Part shown: positions 1 through 13,881 of the stretch, piece after piece
Layout: each line of letters begins with the position of its first letter
Position numbering within the stretch: the stretch's first letter is position 1
DNA from: Phoronis australis
Lineage: Eukaryota > Animalia > Phoronida
Assembly (NCBI GenBank): GCA_002633005.1
Contig: NMRA01000378.1
Coordinates: forward strand, 363,329-427,328
Reading direction: 5' to 3'
DNA length: 64,000 bases
Translations under genes and position numbers: made by a program
Notes under the pieces: model-generated
Database searches by the model: none
The model's input: only the letters and a program-made list of their open reading frames with translations
Told to the model about the DNA's origin: nothing

Positions 1-193
1 GGAATATTCGAATCATTTGCAATCAATCTTAGGCACTGTGACTGTCAACAAGCCAGAAATTCAATGAATAGTCCAGTTAATTCCGTATGCTCACATTTAA
101 TCTATTTGAGACATGTTTGAATTGTCATACTTAGTGAGAATACAGTGGGCTTTGTTGATAGCATTAAACCCATACTGGGTGCTTCTGTTGCAG

Positions 194-3100
194 ACTCAGG
201 CATGTTTGATGAGCTGGGAGAACTGGATCTGGAGGCCAACTTTGGCTCCAACGAACTGTTCAGTGAGCTCAACACAGACTTTCAGGTGAGTGAATACATG
301 TTGTTCAATATTGTTGACAAAAAGGTCAGAGTTTACTTGGAGGTCAGAGTTTGATCTTGTTTTTTGTTTGTTATGCAATTTTTGCTCTGTGAGGGTCATT
401 AGGTCAGAGTGATTCCTTTAGGAGGCCAGGTTGAGCGTGGCTGCTTTTCAGACTGGTTGTCATATAATATGTGCTGTTTAGGAAAATAACAGACAACTTT
501 AATGTTAGCCAAAGTATGGTAGTTCTGGTATTTCGTATTTTAATATTACAGTAGTGCTATAATCTCCATTATCTTACTAGCTGAGGTGTAATCAATCAAA
601 CTTGGTAACATGGAGCTGTCTGTCATAAATGCAAGGACAAGAGAAAGTCTGCAAGAATGATACTATGCCGGTGATGTGATTTTGTTTGCGAAGAAAAATT
701 TACCGATTTATTTGCAAAACGGGAAGAAAGGAGAATGTTGTTTGATCTTAATATTTTTCTGTTTTTGAAAGATGCAAAACCAGGCTCTGCACAGCTCAGA
801 GTTGATTGTGTTTCAACTGACACGAGAAGGATAGGACATATATACCGTCTGTGTCTGGTGATTACTGTTGATATTCACTTCTCCATAGTTCAGTACATTC
901 AAAGACAAATAAATGATCACCACATCAACTCCGCAGCATGTGTCAAAATGGATGATATTTTGATGGCGTGGTGCAAGGGATGAAGTTTCCAACTGGGATG
1001 CTTCCACCCTAAAGCAGATGATTGGCAGCCATGTTTGTGGTGCATTGGTGGTGACCTCTGGTGTCTGGTAGTCAGGAATGTGTGTGGTGTTAGTGATCAG
1101 GTGATGAACGTGGGTACTGAGTCAGGGAAGCTTGTGATGTTGTTTGTTAGCAGCGTGCTGACATCCACGGAGGTGTGAACAGTTGTTAGGTGAGTGAATC
1201 AAAACTGTCGAGAGGGTTGGTGTTACACAGTTGTTTTGCTGTTTCTTTCTAGATCCCGCTGTGGGACGCGCCATCACCCCCACCTATTGACGAGCCATGG
1301 ATGACCGTGGATGACAGCAGCAGTGACAGTGGGATAAGCGGGGTCAGTATAAAACATGAACCTCTGTCACCAGCGTCCAGCAGCTCATCCGACTATGACC
1401 AGATCATGACAAAGGTAAGATTGCTATATAAGAACATTCTCTGCTTAACAATCAGTCCTCTCCATGACGTATTTTAACAGGTTCATGAGCTGAAGCCTTA
1501 ACCTGGTTTGATTTTGGCTCCGACATTTTAACTAGCATGCGACGCAATCAATTTTTTTCATTTTGAACAAAATTACCATTTTTGTGCGCTCGCTATAACA
1601 TGCATGCGCTGCACACTGTCAAAATTTTCAAAGTGGCTGTAAACGCGACTTGTTTGTAATTCTGAGTGCGGAGAACACCGACATTGTAATTTTGCAGTTT
1701 CCAGTCTTGGAGGTAAAATTTTCACATGACAGGTTTATAGACTCAAGTTCGTAAAATTCATCACGCTGCCATTATGCGAAGTGACTAATTTTTTGTAAAT
1801 GTCATGCTCATATTGCTGTTCAACAACTGTTTGCACAAGGCTAGTCACATTTCACTCATTGTTTGATCAGTCCTTTTTCATGTATTAATTGTGTTTAAAT
1901 AGGGCCAGTGCCATTTCTTGTGTTGACTCTGTCAACTAGTTTATCTGTGAGAGTGAAATCAACCTCCTGCAATATTTCCCCATGGCATGAAGGGTGATAC
2001 AGTATGCTACGACACTGTGTTATTTTTGTACTTTCATTACAAAAACCTTCCAGTCCAAGTGGAACTAGTTTCGTCAATGGTTACCTGAAAATCAAATTGT
2101 AACAAATCTAGTTTGGCTTATTCTGATTGCAATTCATCAAGATGTGAAAATTATCCAAGCCTGACTTTTCTAGAACAATTCAAGCGGTTCGAAAGTTCAC
2201 GCTTTTAGTCTGTGATGGACTTAATTTTGATCGCTGGTTTTCATGCCGTGATGTCATTGCTAACGCAGTTATTCCTCTGCTCCATACAAACAACCTTACA
2301 TGAGCAGTAAACAGGCTTCATGATGTCAATGGTTCTTGTAGACACCTATCGATGAGGTTTAGGGTGCCATGAAATGGTGCGGATTTCTGATGTCCCAAAT
2401 TTTGATACTGAGGTTTTTTTACTGGAGTCTTTTTTTGCAAAAATTTGCATCATTTGCTCATGTTTCTCTCTGCAAAAGGCTGCAAAAATCCAGCACAATT
2501 TTTTCGAGAAGGTCGTCGTCTTTTGTTTTGCTCATGGCCAGTCGGTCCCTGTACACTATGTGCCCACCATTTTGGTCTTGACATGGGCTAGAATGTTTCC
2601 TGATACAGGTCTAGAAAGCAATCGGCGGATTTCACTGAAACTGACTCCGAAATGTGACGACTGTGTGTTTGTATGGGTCAGTGGATTTTCGCTCAGATTT
2701 GGTTATTGTGGCATGCCCTAGTAACCGTTCCCTTTCAGTTTGGGAAATGATGACAGCTGCTAGCTTTGACCAGGCTCCAGAAAATGCTGTGAACGTCATG
2801 TCATTTTTGTCTGCCTTTGTATCGCCCAATATTCACGATTGTTCTTATTGAAAAGAAGTAGACTGGACCCACTCACCTTTGGATGCCTGATGCTGTTCTT
2901 CTTTGTTACATGTTTTATTTCTTTGTTGCAAATATTGAAAACTGGTTGTTTTTTTCGCCTTGGTGGTTTGGTTTTTGTTTTAAAAGCTGAGGTGCCCTGG
3001 TGTGAGTAAATTTTTATTTATTTAGTGACTAACCCGAATTAGCATCCGGACAGATTGATCGTCTCGTCTGGTTTTCATTTCGATTTTAATGACAAGATGT

Positions 3101-6100
3101 TTTTGGCATCCAAAATAACAACGTCAAATCATAAAAAGTATTGAAATTCACTAAAATGCAATATCTACTTACGAATCTGAGGGCAGTGTGGACATTTTAA
3201 GGTTGAGTCAGTCTGGTTTATTTAATGTCACATTCTAGTTTGTTGTGTCTAGTACCTATTGTCATATCTAAGAAACTTTTAATGTTAAACCATTAATAGA
3301 CAAAGTGACAGCAGAGTGCATATTGAAATCATCAGAATAGCTAAGTAACTTTGTTCTTTAACTTTAGTCATGTACTGTAGCTCCAAAGAATTCTCTTCAC
3401 CGACAATTCTAGCTCATGACACTCCTGTGAGATATTTACAGTCAAGTAGAGGCACTGCTGATACTGTTGTGAGTGCTGACAGGTATCTGAGCTTGATGTA
3501 TCTTTTCACCCCCACAGTTCTCCAGCGACCTCGGGCCGGAGTACAAGATAGAACTGCCCATGACTCCACCCCATGACCTCCAGGACCCGCCATCCCCGGT
3601 CATCTCCACGGCAACGTCAGTGGCTCATGAGGAGGCATTACCCAAACCTGTTCTGGATGTTCTCAATACTAAAACGAAGATACAGCCCAAACCTGTACAG
3701 GCGGCGACCTCTGTGGCTGCCAAGACTAGTAAGAGATTTATCTGTAACCTTGGTAACCTGATGTCATAAGAGTTGGGAGTTGCTGTCTTTATACAATTCA
3801 TGTTTCTGCATGTGTTGTGGGATAAAAAGTGTTGCAATGTTATGTATTCGCACAGTGGGGTTAACGCACTTTGATGGTGCTTAAAATATTTGCAAAAATC
3901 TGCGAAAATTTAGTGATTGTAAATTCGACAACATTATGTGGGCCAAACTTGAATTCATTGTACTTGGAATGGTTAATCTTTAGTGTAAAAATTGCGCAGC
4001 TTTGTTCGAAATATATATAAGAAGAACCCAAGATTGGTTTCTGTTTGCTAGCTTTGTGTACCAAACATATTCAAGTCTCCTCACAAACGTGGAATAACCT
4101 TTGAGTTGTTAGTATTGTTGACAATGCCCGCCTTTCTCATTTTAGAACTATGTTGTTGCACAACCATGTTACAGGTCGTGCTTATTTTCGTGACCAGTTG
4201 CTGAGAAAGAGTTTTGATAGGGAACTAAACACAATCAGCATTATCGGTAACCAACTATGTTATGGTATTTTTTCTAGCTTGAACAAATAAAGATTATGAT
4301 GACGGGCAAGTTTTCCAAACTTGTAATTCAGTGTTTGGTTAGATTCTGTACAGTCTGTTTTGGTCCTATCCAACCCCCTCTTTCTCTCAGACGCTCCCCA
4401 ACTGCATGTCTGTTTTGATCCACTTCAATCTGTCTTTTCCGTCAGACACTGCCAAACCACTCGTGTTGACTGCTCAAGAGTTTGCCAAGCTGACCGCCCA
4501 GGGAATCCTGCGCTTCAACCCGCCCGTGAAGGAAGCTAAGCCTGGCTCTACTCTACCCTCGTCACATGTAAACCAGTCGGAGGAAGAGGTAGGCGGGGAC
4601 ACGTTAGCAGCAGTGTGTATCTCCCATTGAGCACTGGCTCCATGTAACCTCACTGGGGTTATTGATTCTGTTTTTTGTCTTTTGATTAGTGGATATGGTT
4701 GGGATTGGGTTGCCCCAGCTGCACGTCATTGGAACATAAAGAACTATGCATCATGTAGAACAATTGAGTAGTTTGAAAATATCTGGTTGTGATTGGGCAG
4801 ATTATTAGCATGAGATTATTACAAAAGGTTAGAGGAAAGGGAAAGTACTCTACACTCGTTCACACTGACATTCAAACGATTTAATTAACTTGTATTACAT
4901 TTACGTAGATGTTTATGAAAATTCGGTTTTCATACAGTAAGACATACAAGTGGTTAAAAAGTTACATTGTAATTGTTTAAATCATTTTAAAGATGTATTT
5001 GCTGCTCTTTTTTTTAATTTGGGTGGTTTATTTAACCATGAAATAAATTCTCTAACAAGTTTACTGATTTCAGAAATTTTTTGGTAATACCCACAAGTGA
5101 GCCTACAGGAATAAGTTTCGATAAACCAAAGGTTTTCGTAATGAAGATTCTGTCTCTTATCGTCAAATTAAAAAGGATCTTTGAATTATTTCATCAAGAT
5201 TGAATTTTCAGCATCAAATCTTTTTCCACCAAAGTATATTCATCGACTCACAATGGCCTGTTTTGGCCAGATGATACTATGCAGGGGAGTACGATTACGG
5301 TGCAATATTGAGACAAACGTGCCTTTACACTCTTCATAATTCATGTGAGGCCCAGATAATGTTAATTGAAAATTATCTAAAATTCTAAAACCATTATTGC
5401 CAGATGCCAGATGCTTAATGAAAAGAACTGTATTGTATGCATATTGTGCAATTGTAATTGTGTGATTGGCTAGTGCCAGTAAAGCCTCTTATTAATTCAT
5501 TGTTTTATGACATACTTTCTGCACACAGGATGCACAGCGGACTTGATAGTAGGTCTCCTGTTGGACGTACTATTCATATAACTAGTCATTATAGTGTAAT
5601 ACAGGCAATCAGTCAGGGTATGGCAACTTTAGGCCTTTCATAGTGACAGTGATGAGAGCGAATTGGGTCATAAACTCACAATGTGACTGTAGTTTTCTGT
5701 CTTGACTCAAGAGTTCTACTTATCCATAGCTATACAGACAGCAAGACAGATTTATTTCATCAATCTTGTTTTTAAAAATAGAGACATATGGTGAAATACG
5801 CGAGAGTGTTATTATAGGGTAACATAGAAAAGTCTAGAAATTGATAATGTCATGTAAAGTTAAGTAGTACAATGTTCTGTGATGAGGTGCATAGTTAAGT
5901 GGTAGTTAAGTAGTCTATGGTATGGTACATAGTAGTTAAGTACTCTATGATGTGGTGCATAGTTAAGTGCTAGTTAAGCACAGTGTCTGACTTTTGTGAG
6001 CTGTAATCTGTAAACAGCATTCTTTGCTTCAGACTAAAGTGTTGAAGAGGCAACAGAGGATGATAAAGAACAGAGAGTCTGCGTGTTTGTCACGACGTAG

Positions 6101-9100
6101 GAGGAAAGAGGTCAGTACTGGTCCGCAAACATGTTGACTTGACTTAGTTGTTGGATGCATATGTGAAGAAAACACCTTGTATGGTTGATCTAACTTTCCT
6201 AAACTAGGTCCTTAACACAATTCTGAGTGGAGTTGGGCCAAGTTAGAGTGATGCACCTTGCCCTGCCCATCTTGTTTAAATTGTGCCATACTCATCGTGT
6301 TAAATTTTAATGAAACACCTACAGAGTTCATGTTTAACTGGTCTGTATCCACAGTTGTACTGCCACACTGTGGACATTGTGAGAGTTATTTTTTAACTGG
6401 TCTGTTTCCACATCTGTAGTGCCACACTGTGGACATTGTGAGAGTTACTGTTTAACTGGTCTCTTTCCACAGTACATGCAGAGCCTCGAGGAGCGACTAC
6501 AGCTGTGCATTACTGAGAACGAGAAACTGAAGGAAGAAAATGAAATACTCAAAAGGAAGTTACAGACTGTATCCGATGAGGTGAGTTGAGCAATACGGCA
6601 CAGTGTAAGTTCTTACATATTAGTGACAAGATCATGATGCAATATCGTGTCGAGTTGTGTTTAGTTGAAAACGTACAAAACTTTGCTCAATCTCATTTCT
6701 ATCAGTACAACGTGTGTTGTGCAATTCAAGTTATTGGTGACTTCTTAAGCTATAGTAGACTTGTGCAGACTTCTGCTGAGGTCAAGTCTAGTCGGAATAA
6801 ACATACAGTAACCACTGGGATGTATTGATCATGTTGATATTCATGGGAATGGATGGCTAGAGTGAAGGAATGACAGAACCATACTTAACTGACAATGAAG
6901 GCTCCTACTGACTGGTGTTATAATGTCTCTGTGTTTATTGTCCAGAACACCAGACTGCGCCGGTCGTTCAGTCCCAGTTCACTAGCCAAAGCCTCCTGTC
7001 TACTTAGCATACTCCTGCTGTTTGGACTCAACCTCTCAACACTCAGGTAGGTTGCACGATGAAAGCTATTTTAATTGTGGCTGAACACTCTTAACACTGT
7101 TGCTAACTTGAAAATTTCCATTTTTATTTTGAACTCTAGCGTGGTAGGTAGAAGTTAGAATGAATAAAAGACTGGATCAATTCCATGCATGCATTCTAGC
7201 ACTATGTGTGTTATGTGACCTGCCCTTTATGTAGTTGACCATTGCTGTGGACATGCTATGTGATCAATCCTACTGTATTTGACCATTACTCTGGACATTG
7301 ACCAGTCCTAAGTGTAATTGACCATTGCTATGGGCGTGTAACATGACCAGTCGTAAGTGTAGTTGACAATGGCTATGGGCGTACTATATTACCAGTCTTA
7401 AGTGACGTGAAGTACAGTTGACCATTGCTCTGGACACGCTATATGACCAGTCCTAGGTGTAGTTGACCGTTGCTCATGGTCATTACCATTCACAAATGTC
7501 ATCTTTCTCTGCAGTATATTCAAGCAGAGTCCAAACGTGTCACCCGTCATTCCACGTCCAGTCGTTCACCATGGACGGTCACTACTCTCATTCAATGAAT
7601 ACGACTCCCCTGTCAACGCGTCCCGCGTCGAAGATGCTCTGCGTGAGCTCCACCTCAGACGTAACAACAGCCGTGAATTGATGGTCGTTCATGACCTGGA
7701 CTCCGCGCTCTGTCCAAGTTACTTCAATAAAACAGAATCTCTGAGGTGAGTGTTACTGATTGAGGCTCCACACCTCAGGTGTTTCCGCATTCCGAAACGA
7801 AAAGTTGTGAATAAAGGCATGAAAGCAGCTGGTTGGCGTTTTCCCGCAACTTCTCCAATAACTGGTGATGTGATGTTACGCTCATTTCCTTAAAGATGCT
7901 GTGTCTCATTAAATTTTGAATATGCAAATGAAGTGCTAAATACAAATGACCCCAGGTCTTCCAGTGTGCCTGAAACCATCTAAGAACCCGTTACCATTAC
8001 AATCTCGCGAAAATCTCATTTTGTGAGATTATTTTTATGTAAATGAGTTTGGTAACATGACACTGTTAGCCTGATGAAACAAGGCACAGTTTTTATTATT
8101 TGTTCATTTCACTATCAAATAAAGGTTGCGTAATATTTTGGAATTATTAGGGTTTTCCTTATGTTCACACTTGTTAAGTGTTTCAGTTTTGGCGTTTTCT
8201 TTAAAGCCGCATTTTATTTTAAGTGAATTGTTTCTTTTCTTGATTGTACTATACACATAGTTCTCTAGGATGCCACAAGGTGGTGCTTGCTACACATTTA
8301 AATATTTGTGGTTTTAATGAGACATAGCATCTTTAAAACCCTTGAAGATGTGGTTTTCCTCTGCTCTTCAGTCTACAGTTTTGTCATGGCACTGAATTTA
8401 TTTGAGTCTTGACTGTGTTGTTGAGATGGGAAGGCGCGGACTTAAACCTCTCAAACGAGTTATTGCAAGACATTTGTTGGGGAAATGACCATTTGTTTTG
8501 GTTAGATATAATGAAAACAGATTGTTAGGTTTTGCTAAGCACAGGTGAATAAAGACATTCTTTCTTTATAATTTATTAAAGTGGCGGGCTGGGATTAAGG
8601 CACACAGTGTTGTATTAAAATGACCTTGAAGTTTTATTGACTTTGCCTTGAACTAACCTCAGTAATAATTGAAAAGTAAAAGAAGTAAAAGAATTTCTTG
8701 GTCAAGTTTTGTACAAACAATTATGGTACTGCATCAAGTTCACATGGTATTCTTCTTTGTGTTGAAAGTTACATATTTGCTGCATGTTTTAAGAGTCCAG
8801 TTTTGAATAATGTGATTGTTGACCTTTCACCTTTGACCCCGCTTCCTGTTTAGACTAGCCAATGAGCTAAACGGCTGGGTGCTGGGTCACAAGAAGGAGC
8901 ATATCAAGAAAGTGGAGACTGAGCGGCGCAAGTCCAAGAAGTCTGGCAGTAAGAGGAGGAGAAAGAGGAAGCATAAGAAACAGTCTGGGGAGGCGGGCCC
9001 ACGGTGAGGATTGACACTTGAGGGCGGAATCTTTACACTGTCAGGCACTTCAAGATATTACATAAGGCAGAATTTAGGATTTTGTGTTTGCATACTACAT

Positions 9101-11110
9101 CATGAGTGCCATTCTTAACAGAAAGGTCTCTATGCGTAAATAACACCATGTTGTCATCGACTCATTAGATGTTATCTCTGTGCGTCCGGTATCTGCTGCT
9201 GTGTGCCAAAAACCCTTGATGTATATTCGTGAAATTTTGCAGATGTATGTTCCTTTTGTGGTTGGGAAAGCATGAGCAACTGTTTGGACGAATTGGACTA
9301 TTGGTGTGCGCCCTAGTGGCAGTTTTATTTTTTTTTACGTTTGCCTTAGTGTGTATCTTAATTGCTGTTCCTTAACAAATTTTAATGAAATGTGGCAAGT
9401 TGGTATCATTTGAAAAATGATGCCACCTTCATGTTTTCTAAGGGAATCGACGCATTTTGCGCCACTTACTGGCCATTTTTGTTATCTGCATGTTATTGGA
9501 TGACCTGGGTCTGCACTCTTGAAGTGTTGGTTGGTTTACCCAATCAGGTCTGTGTCATCTCATAAGTTAATGAGTCAAAGAACTTGTGTTATTGCTTGAC
9601 GAGCCAGCATCAGAGTGTTAGAGCCTCTTCACTCCTCTTCACACTGACCTTGACCCTGTGTACTGTCCCTACAGGAGCCCTGACCAACCCTACCAGATGG
9701 CTGTGTTCACAGGCTATGACCAGGCCTACTACAGTCTACTCAACTCTATCAACAGGAGAAACGACACATTCTATGTTGTCTCATTTAAGAGGGTATGTGC
9801 GCAGTGTGTCGCCACATTCTTTTATTCATAGTATCTTAATAAAATTCCTTTCCCAAATCATCAATTAGACACGCCGACTGCTAAGTAATAACATGTTCTC
9901 TGAAGGGCACTCTCAAATGATCCTATGACAGCTGTCCCAGTAAACGAGCTCCATCAAACAGTGAGAATGCAATTGATGCCAGGTTGTTTTGTTGCACTGT
10001 AACTGACACATCAACAAGCTCATTTTGCCATCATGTTTCTTTTGAGTAGCAATTTCGGGTATATACTGAATCTTATGTCTGGAAATGATGTCAGCAGCTT
10101 GCGTAAGAAGGTCACAAGATGTGAATGTAGAGGTCATAATATTTGCATAGACTGGTTACAGTATTTGCATACAATCCACGATATTTGCATACAAAGGTTA
10201 CGACATTGTGAGCTTGCTTATTTAAGTGCAAAGAACAGTAAAATAAACATTAAGTTTATCTTCTTGAATATGCTTTACTTTCAGGACCAGCTGTTGCTAC
10301 CAGCAACAGCACACAATAAAACCATGAGGCCCAGGATGTCATTGGTTATGCCTGCCCTCAACTTAAACAGTAAGTCACATGATTGGATGTCTCATCGTAT
10401 CCACTAGGTGGAGCCCCATTGTCTCACAGTTCCACTGTGTCACTGCTGTAGCCCGTGTGCAACTCTTCCCAGGTGCTGGGTAGTTGTAATACAGCCAGTG
10501 GTGCTGTAGAACTGTGTCCACAATAGCACCTCATTTTGCCACTGGAATGGAATACACATTGCATTTGAATTCTAACGCAACGACAGGGCAGACTGTTACC
10601 TGTCTCAGCCAGCTGGTCAAGTCTTTTCAAACAACACACTTCACAGTGACAATAGTGAGTCAGTAGGAAGACAAAAGTGATTCTGGACTCAGATGAATTC
10701 AAACTTTACCCCCATCCTCGGTCACAATCGTTTTCGCTAAAATGCCACCGCCACCCACCGTCAAGGTTTTGCCGTTGACACAACAAGTTATTCATTGGGA
10801 GGTGGCTGATACACTCCTGCTAAGTACAGTGTAGTTACTATGGTGCTACATGTTGCAAACATGTAATACATGACTGTGGATTTACAGGTTTGGTTAAAAA
10901 TGAAGTGTGGTTATTATGCCCATCTCGGTCTATATTACAGCTACTATGCAGCCTCCTGTTGGCAGCCTGGCCATGATGCAGATAGACTGTGAGGTGATGG
11001 ACACTAGATTGCTCTACCTGCGTGAGTCGGTGGTACCACAGCACATGAGAGACAACACCACTACACAGACCTGGGTCTCGCACAAGTACAAGACTAGGGA
11101 CCATCCTTGA
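194..11110 (+). CDS. ATF6: ATF6 (ER-stress membrane-bound bZIP transcription factor), 12 coding exons, 5'-incomplete
   Basis: Exons 194-285, 1253-1414, 3518-3728, 4446-4588, 6033-6110, 6473-6580, 6946-7046, 7515-7745, 8854-9003, 9675-9792, 10285-10369, 10941-11110. All introns GT-AG, phases consistent, ~549 codons. Motifs: basic region [25 protein letters not shown], leucine zipper, TM segment [15 protein letters not shown]1P site RSLL, luminal blocks [57 protein letters not shown] and [12 protein letters not shown]. Confidence 0.97.
6323..6472 (+). repeat. 59-bp minisatellite (~2.5 units) ending at the acceptor of the ATF6 zipper exon
   Basis: Repeated agagtt...tttaactggtctgtttccaca...gccacactgtggacattgtg; the last unit ends in the functional ccacag acceptor at 6472. 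Confidence 0.85.
7200..7490. repeat. Degenerate ~45-55 bp tandem repeat in an ATF6 intron
   Basis: Recurrent gtagttgaccattgct...tgaccagtcctaagt units. Confidence 0.75.
7894..8332. mobile_element. TTAA-flanked MITE (Kolobok-type non-autonomous DNA transposon)
   Basis: TIRs agatgctgtgtctcattaaa / tttaatgagacatagcatct (1 mismatch); TTAA on both sides (7890-7893, 8333-8336). Confidence 0.8.
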
Positions 11111-11553
11111 CTGGAAATCATCCACGTGTCTCTGTTGTCTAAGTTGCTATGGCGCTACAGTTCAGATGTGTCGCAACTTTCCATCATGCAAAGCTGGCAA
11201 CTGTGAAACAGTTTATCTTTAATGTACAGATTGCATTCAATTGTTTGTGGAAAAATGTGAGTTGTAGTAGGTTGTCTTTTTGGTTCTTGCCTGTTTGTGC
11301 CCTGAATTTTGAACATGGAATTTTATAGCTTAAACAGACAGTAAGTCTGACCATGAGATGACAAACGTGTTGTATCATAAACACTGTGTAATTGAATTGT
11401 TCGTGATGGAATATTCAGAATATTTGTTTTTGGTTTACAAGAGGGAACTGGTGCGTTAGAAACTGAAGCCATTATTTGGAACGCAGCACACTACATTCAA
11501 TTGTTGCATCCTGTGTTAGCAACTTGTGTTTATTGCCATTTTACAGTGTTTTT

Positions 11554-11559
11554 AATAAA
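11554..11559 (+). promoter_or_regulatory. Candidate ATF6 polyadenylation signal AATAAA (a distal one is at ~13302)
   Basis: AATAAA 444 nt after the stop codon, followed by a GT-rich tract at ~11590-11645. Confidence 0.4.
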
Positions 11560-13881
11560 CATGTAACCTGTAGTTAACACGCATGTAACCTGTGTTTTTG
11601 TGTGTCTGTGTTTTTGCGTGTTTGAATGTGTGCGCTATCTGTTGTACTTAGACCCCATTGAACAAAGAGAAAACTTAGTTTTAATTTGGATTATAATGAA
11701 AACTGCCTGAAGATGGAGTTACTTATTAACGTCCTAGCGACTGACTTCTAGTCTGCACTTGACATTGTCTTGCTGCATGTTAAGTTAATCTTTTCAAATG
11801 TTAGTGTATAGTTATAGTTATGTCCTGATTGATTGTTGTTGTGTTGGGTTAGGTAACTTACTGAACAACTGTTCATTATTTAAATGTACGAAAAGACTTA
11901 CGAACGGTGGCTCATTAAGTATTGGGATATTAAGTGAGCTGTCGGGAAGATGATTTGTGTGTGTTGTTGTGAGGGCATCTTTGTTACTTGTAACAGTTAT
12001 GGCCTCTTCGTCTTCTGTATGTTGCTAAATGTGTGGAAATGGGGACCAAAATTGTCGTGTTGTTGTGAAAACTGCAACTATTTACTACAGTGTACGTGTA
12101 TGTATTTATTCAAGCAATTGATTCACTGTCCTGTGCCTTTTTGGTGTCTGTTGTGGAGATAACTTTTGAAGCTGCGAGCTCTCCTTCACCTGCCTTTGAA
12201 TGGTTCAAGATAGGTGTCACTGCATTGCTAATGGCCGAATTATCACACAGGTACGATGGTGTCAAATTAATCGTGCGGCTATTTATGTAGTAAACTAAAC
12301 TCAAGACTTTTCGACATATGACCTAGATATGATGAAAGTATTACTTATCAGTCATCTGTCAATGGTATTGGTACTGTACTCAGTAGACCTGTATTTACGG
12401 CAATGAGTATAGTAAAATTAAGTATTGTTTGTTTGTTGAAAAGGGTAATGTTACCATTCTATATTTTGTTTTTACATCTTTTGTTGCAATGATATTCAAG
12501 CGTTGTAATGCGTTGGCTTCAATGACTGTGTATATTCATGGTATAAAAACATTTCTGGAACTACTGCGTCCAACGTAATTTGTAATAATATAGACTTGAA
12601 GAGTACCTTTTGGTCTGCCCCTCAACTAGTTGTGAGACGCGAGGTCACAAACATAAAAACCCCAGATACACCAATTTCTGAAGGAAAAGTTGCACAACTG
12701 CACAAAAGCAAGGTTTGCAGCTCCACCATTTGCCAAACAATGAGTAAAAAATACCTAGTATTGTTTTTGTTCATCTCGATTATTCGAGATTTTCTTCAAC
12801 CAAAATATAGCATCACTGACTCAATTTTCAAAAAAGACAAGAACTATTCTTTGGCCTTATTACTTATTCCAAAACTGCCGACTATGAAGTTTGCCACCCC
12901 CATTTCACAACTTGTCATTGCTCAAATTGTTTTATATTACTGGCGCACTGCGGTCACTCGACCTAACAACTTATCACTATTCTGCTCTTTTTTACGAGCT
13001 AATTACTGCATGATAAGTTGGCATGGCAAAAGGACATTTTTCACTCTGATTATTTTTAACATCGTGCACTGTTCATGTGCTGGACTGACCTGCTGTGTAA
13101 ACCTAACTGGGTTCAAGGCTTTTCATGTATGTCATGGTTAATTCATTGATGGTATGAGACATCAGATATTAGTCTCATCAATAGCATTGAACTTATGTGG
13201 CAGTGCAGACTGATGGTTTTTGCACAATGTACTGAGTAATGTATTCTTACATATGTGTTGTACAGTTGTTACCCAGTCATAGGCTACATCAGGGGCTGTG
13301 TAATAAAAAGGGAGAAACAATAAAATTGTAAAATATATTAACTTATCATTTTATTATTTTGGACAAAGACTTTTGCCAATTTTTTTTCTTTTTCACTAAA
13401 TTCTAACACTGTTCCGAATGTCAAAAATTTCTTAGAATCACCGTCTTAATATCTGTCACGATATAGTTTTTAAAAATCATAGAGCATTTATTTGGTGTTA
13501 GTTATCTTTTACAAAAAATTAAATTACACGAGTCGGCCGTATTGTGTTCTAGATATTACAGTACTATTTATAACACACTCTCCACATGGACCACAGAATA
13601 CATAACTATACATTATATACATAGGTGTATGTACAGATTATAGACTGGCTTAGAAAAGAGGCTAAAAGCTTGCACCACTACACTGGCAAAAAAGGATAAC
13701 AAAACCACAGAACCTTAAAAAATAATAAAAAACGATCTTGTAAACTTGCACAAGTGTGCACAAATACATAAAACAAAATAAAAGATAATGAATGTCGTAA
13801 AACTTGTCATTGTAAACTCTAGTCACTGATGAAGCAACACCTTGTCAAGACTCGTCTTTGCATCAACCACAGTATTGTTGG

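Noticed and set aside
12596-13141. 181-aa ORF between ATF6 and CutA
   Set aside because: Non-ATG start, no recognisable motifs or splice context; looks like repeat-derived intergenic DNA.
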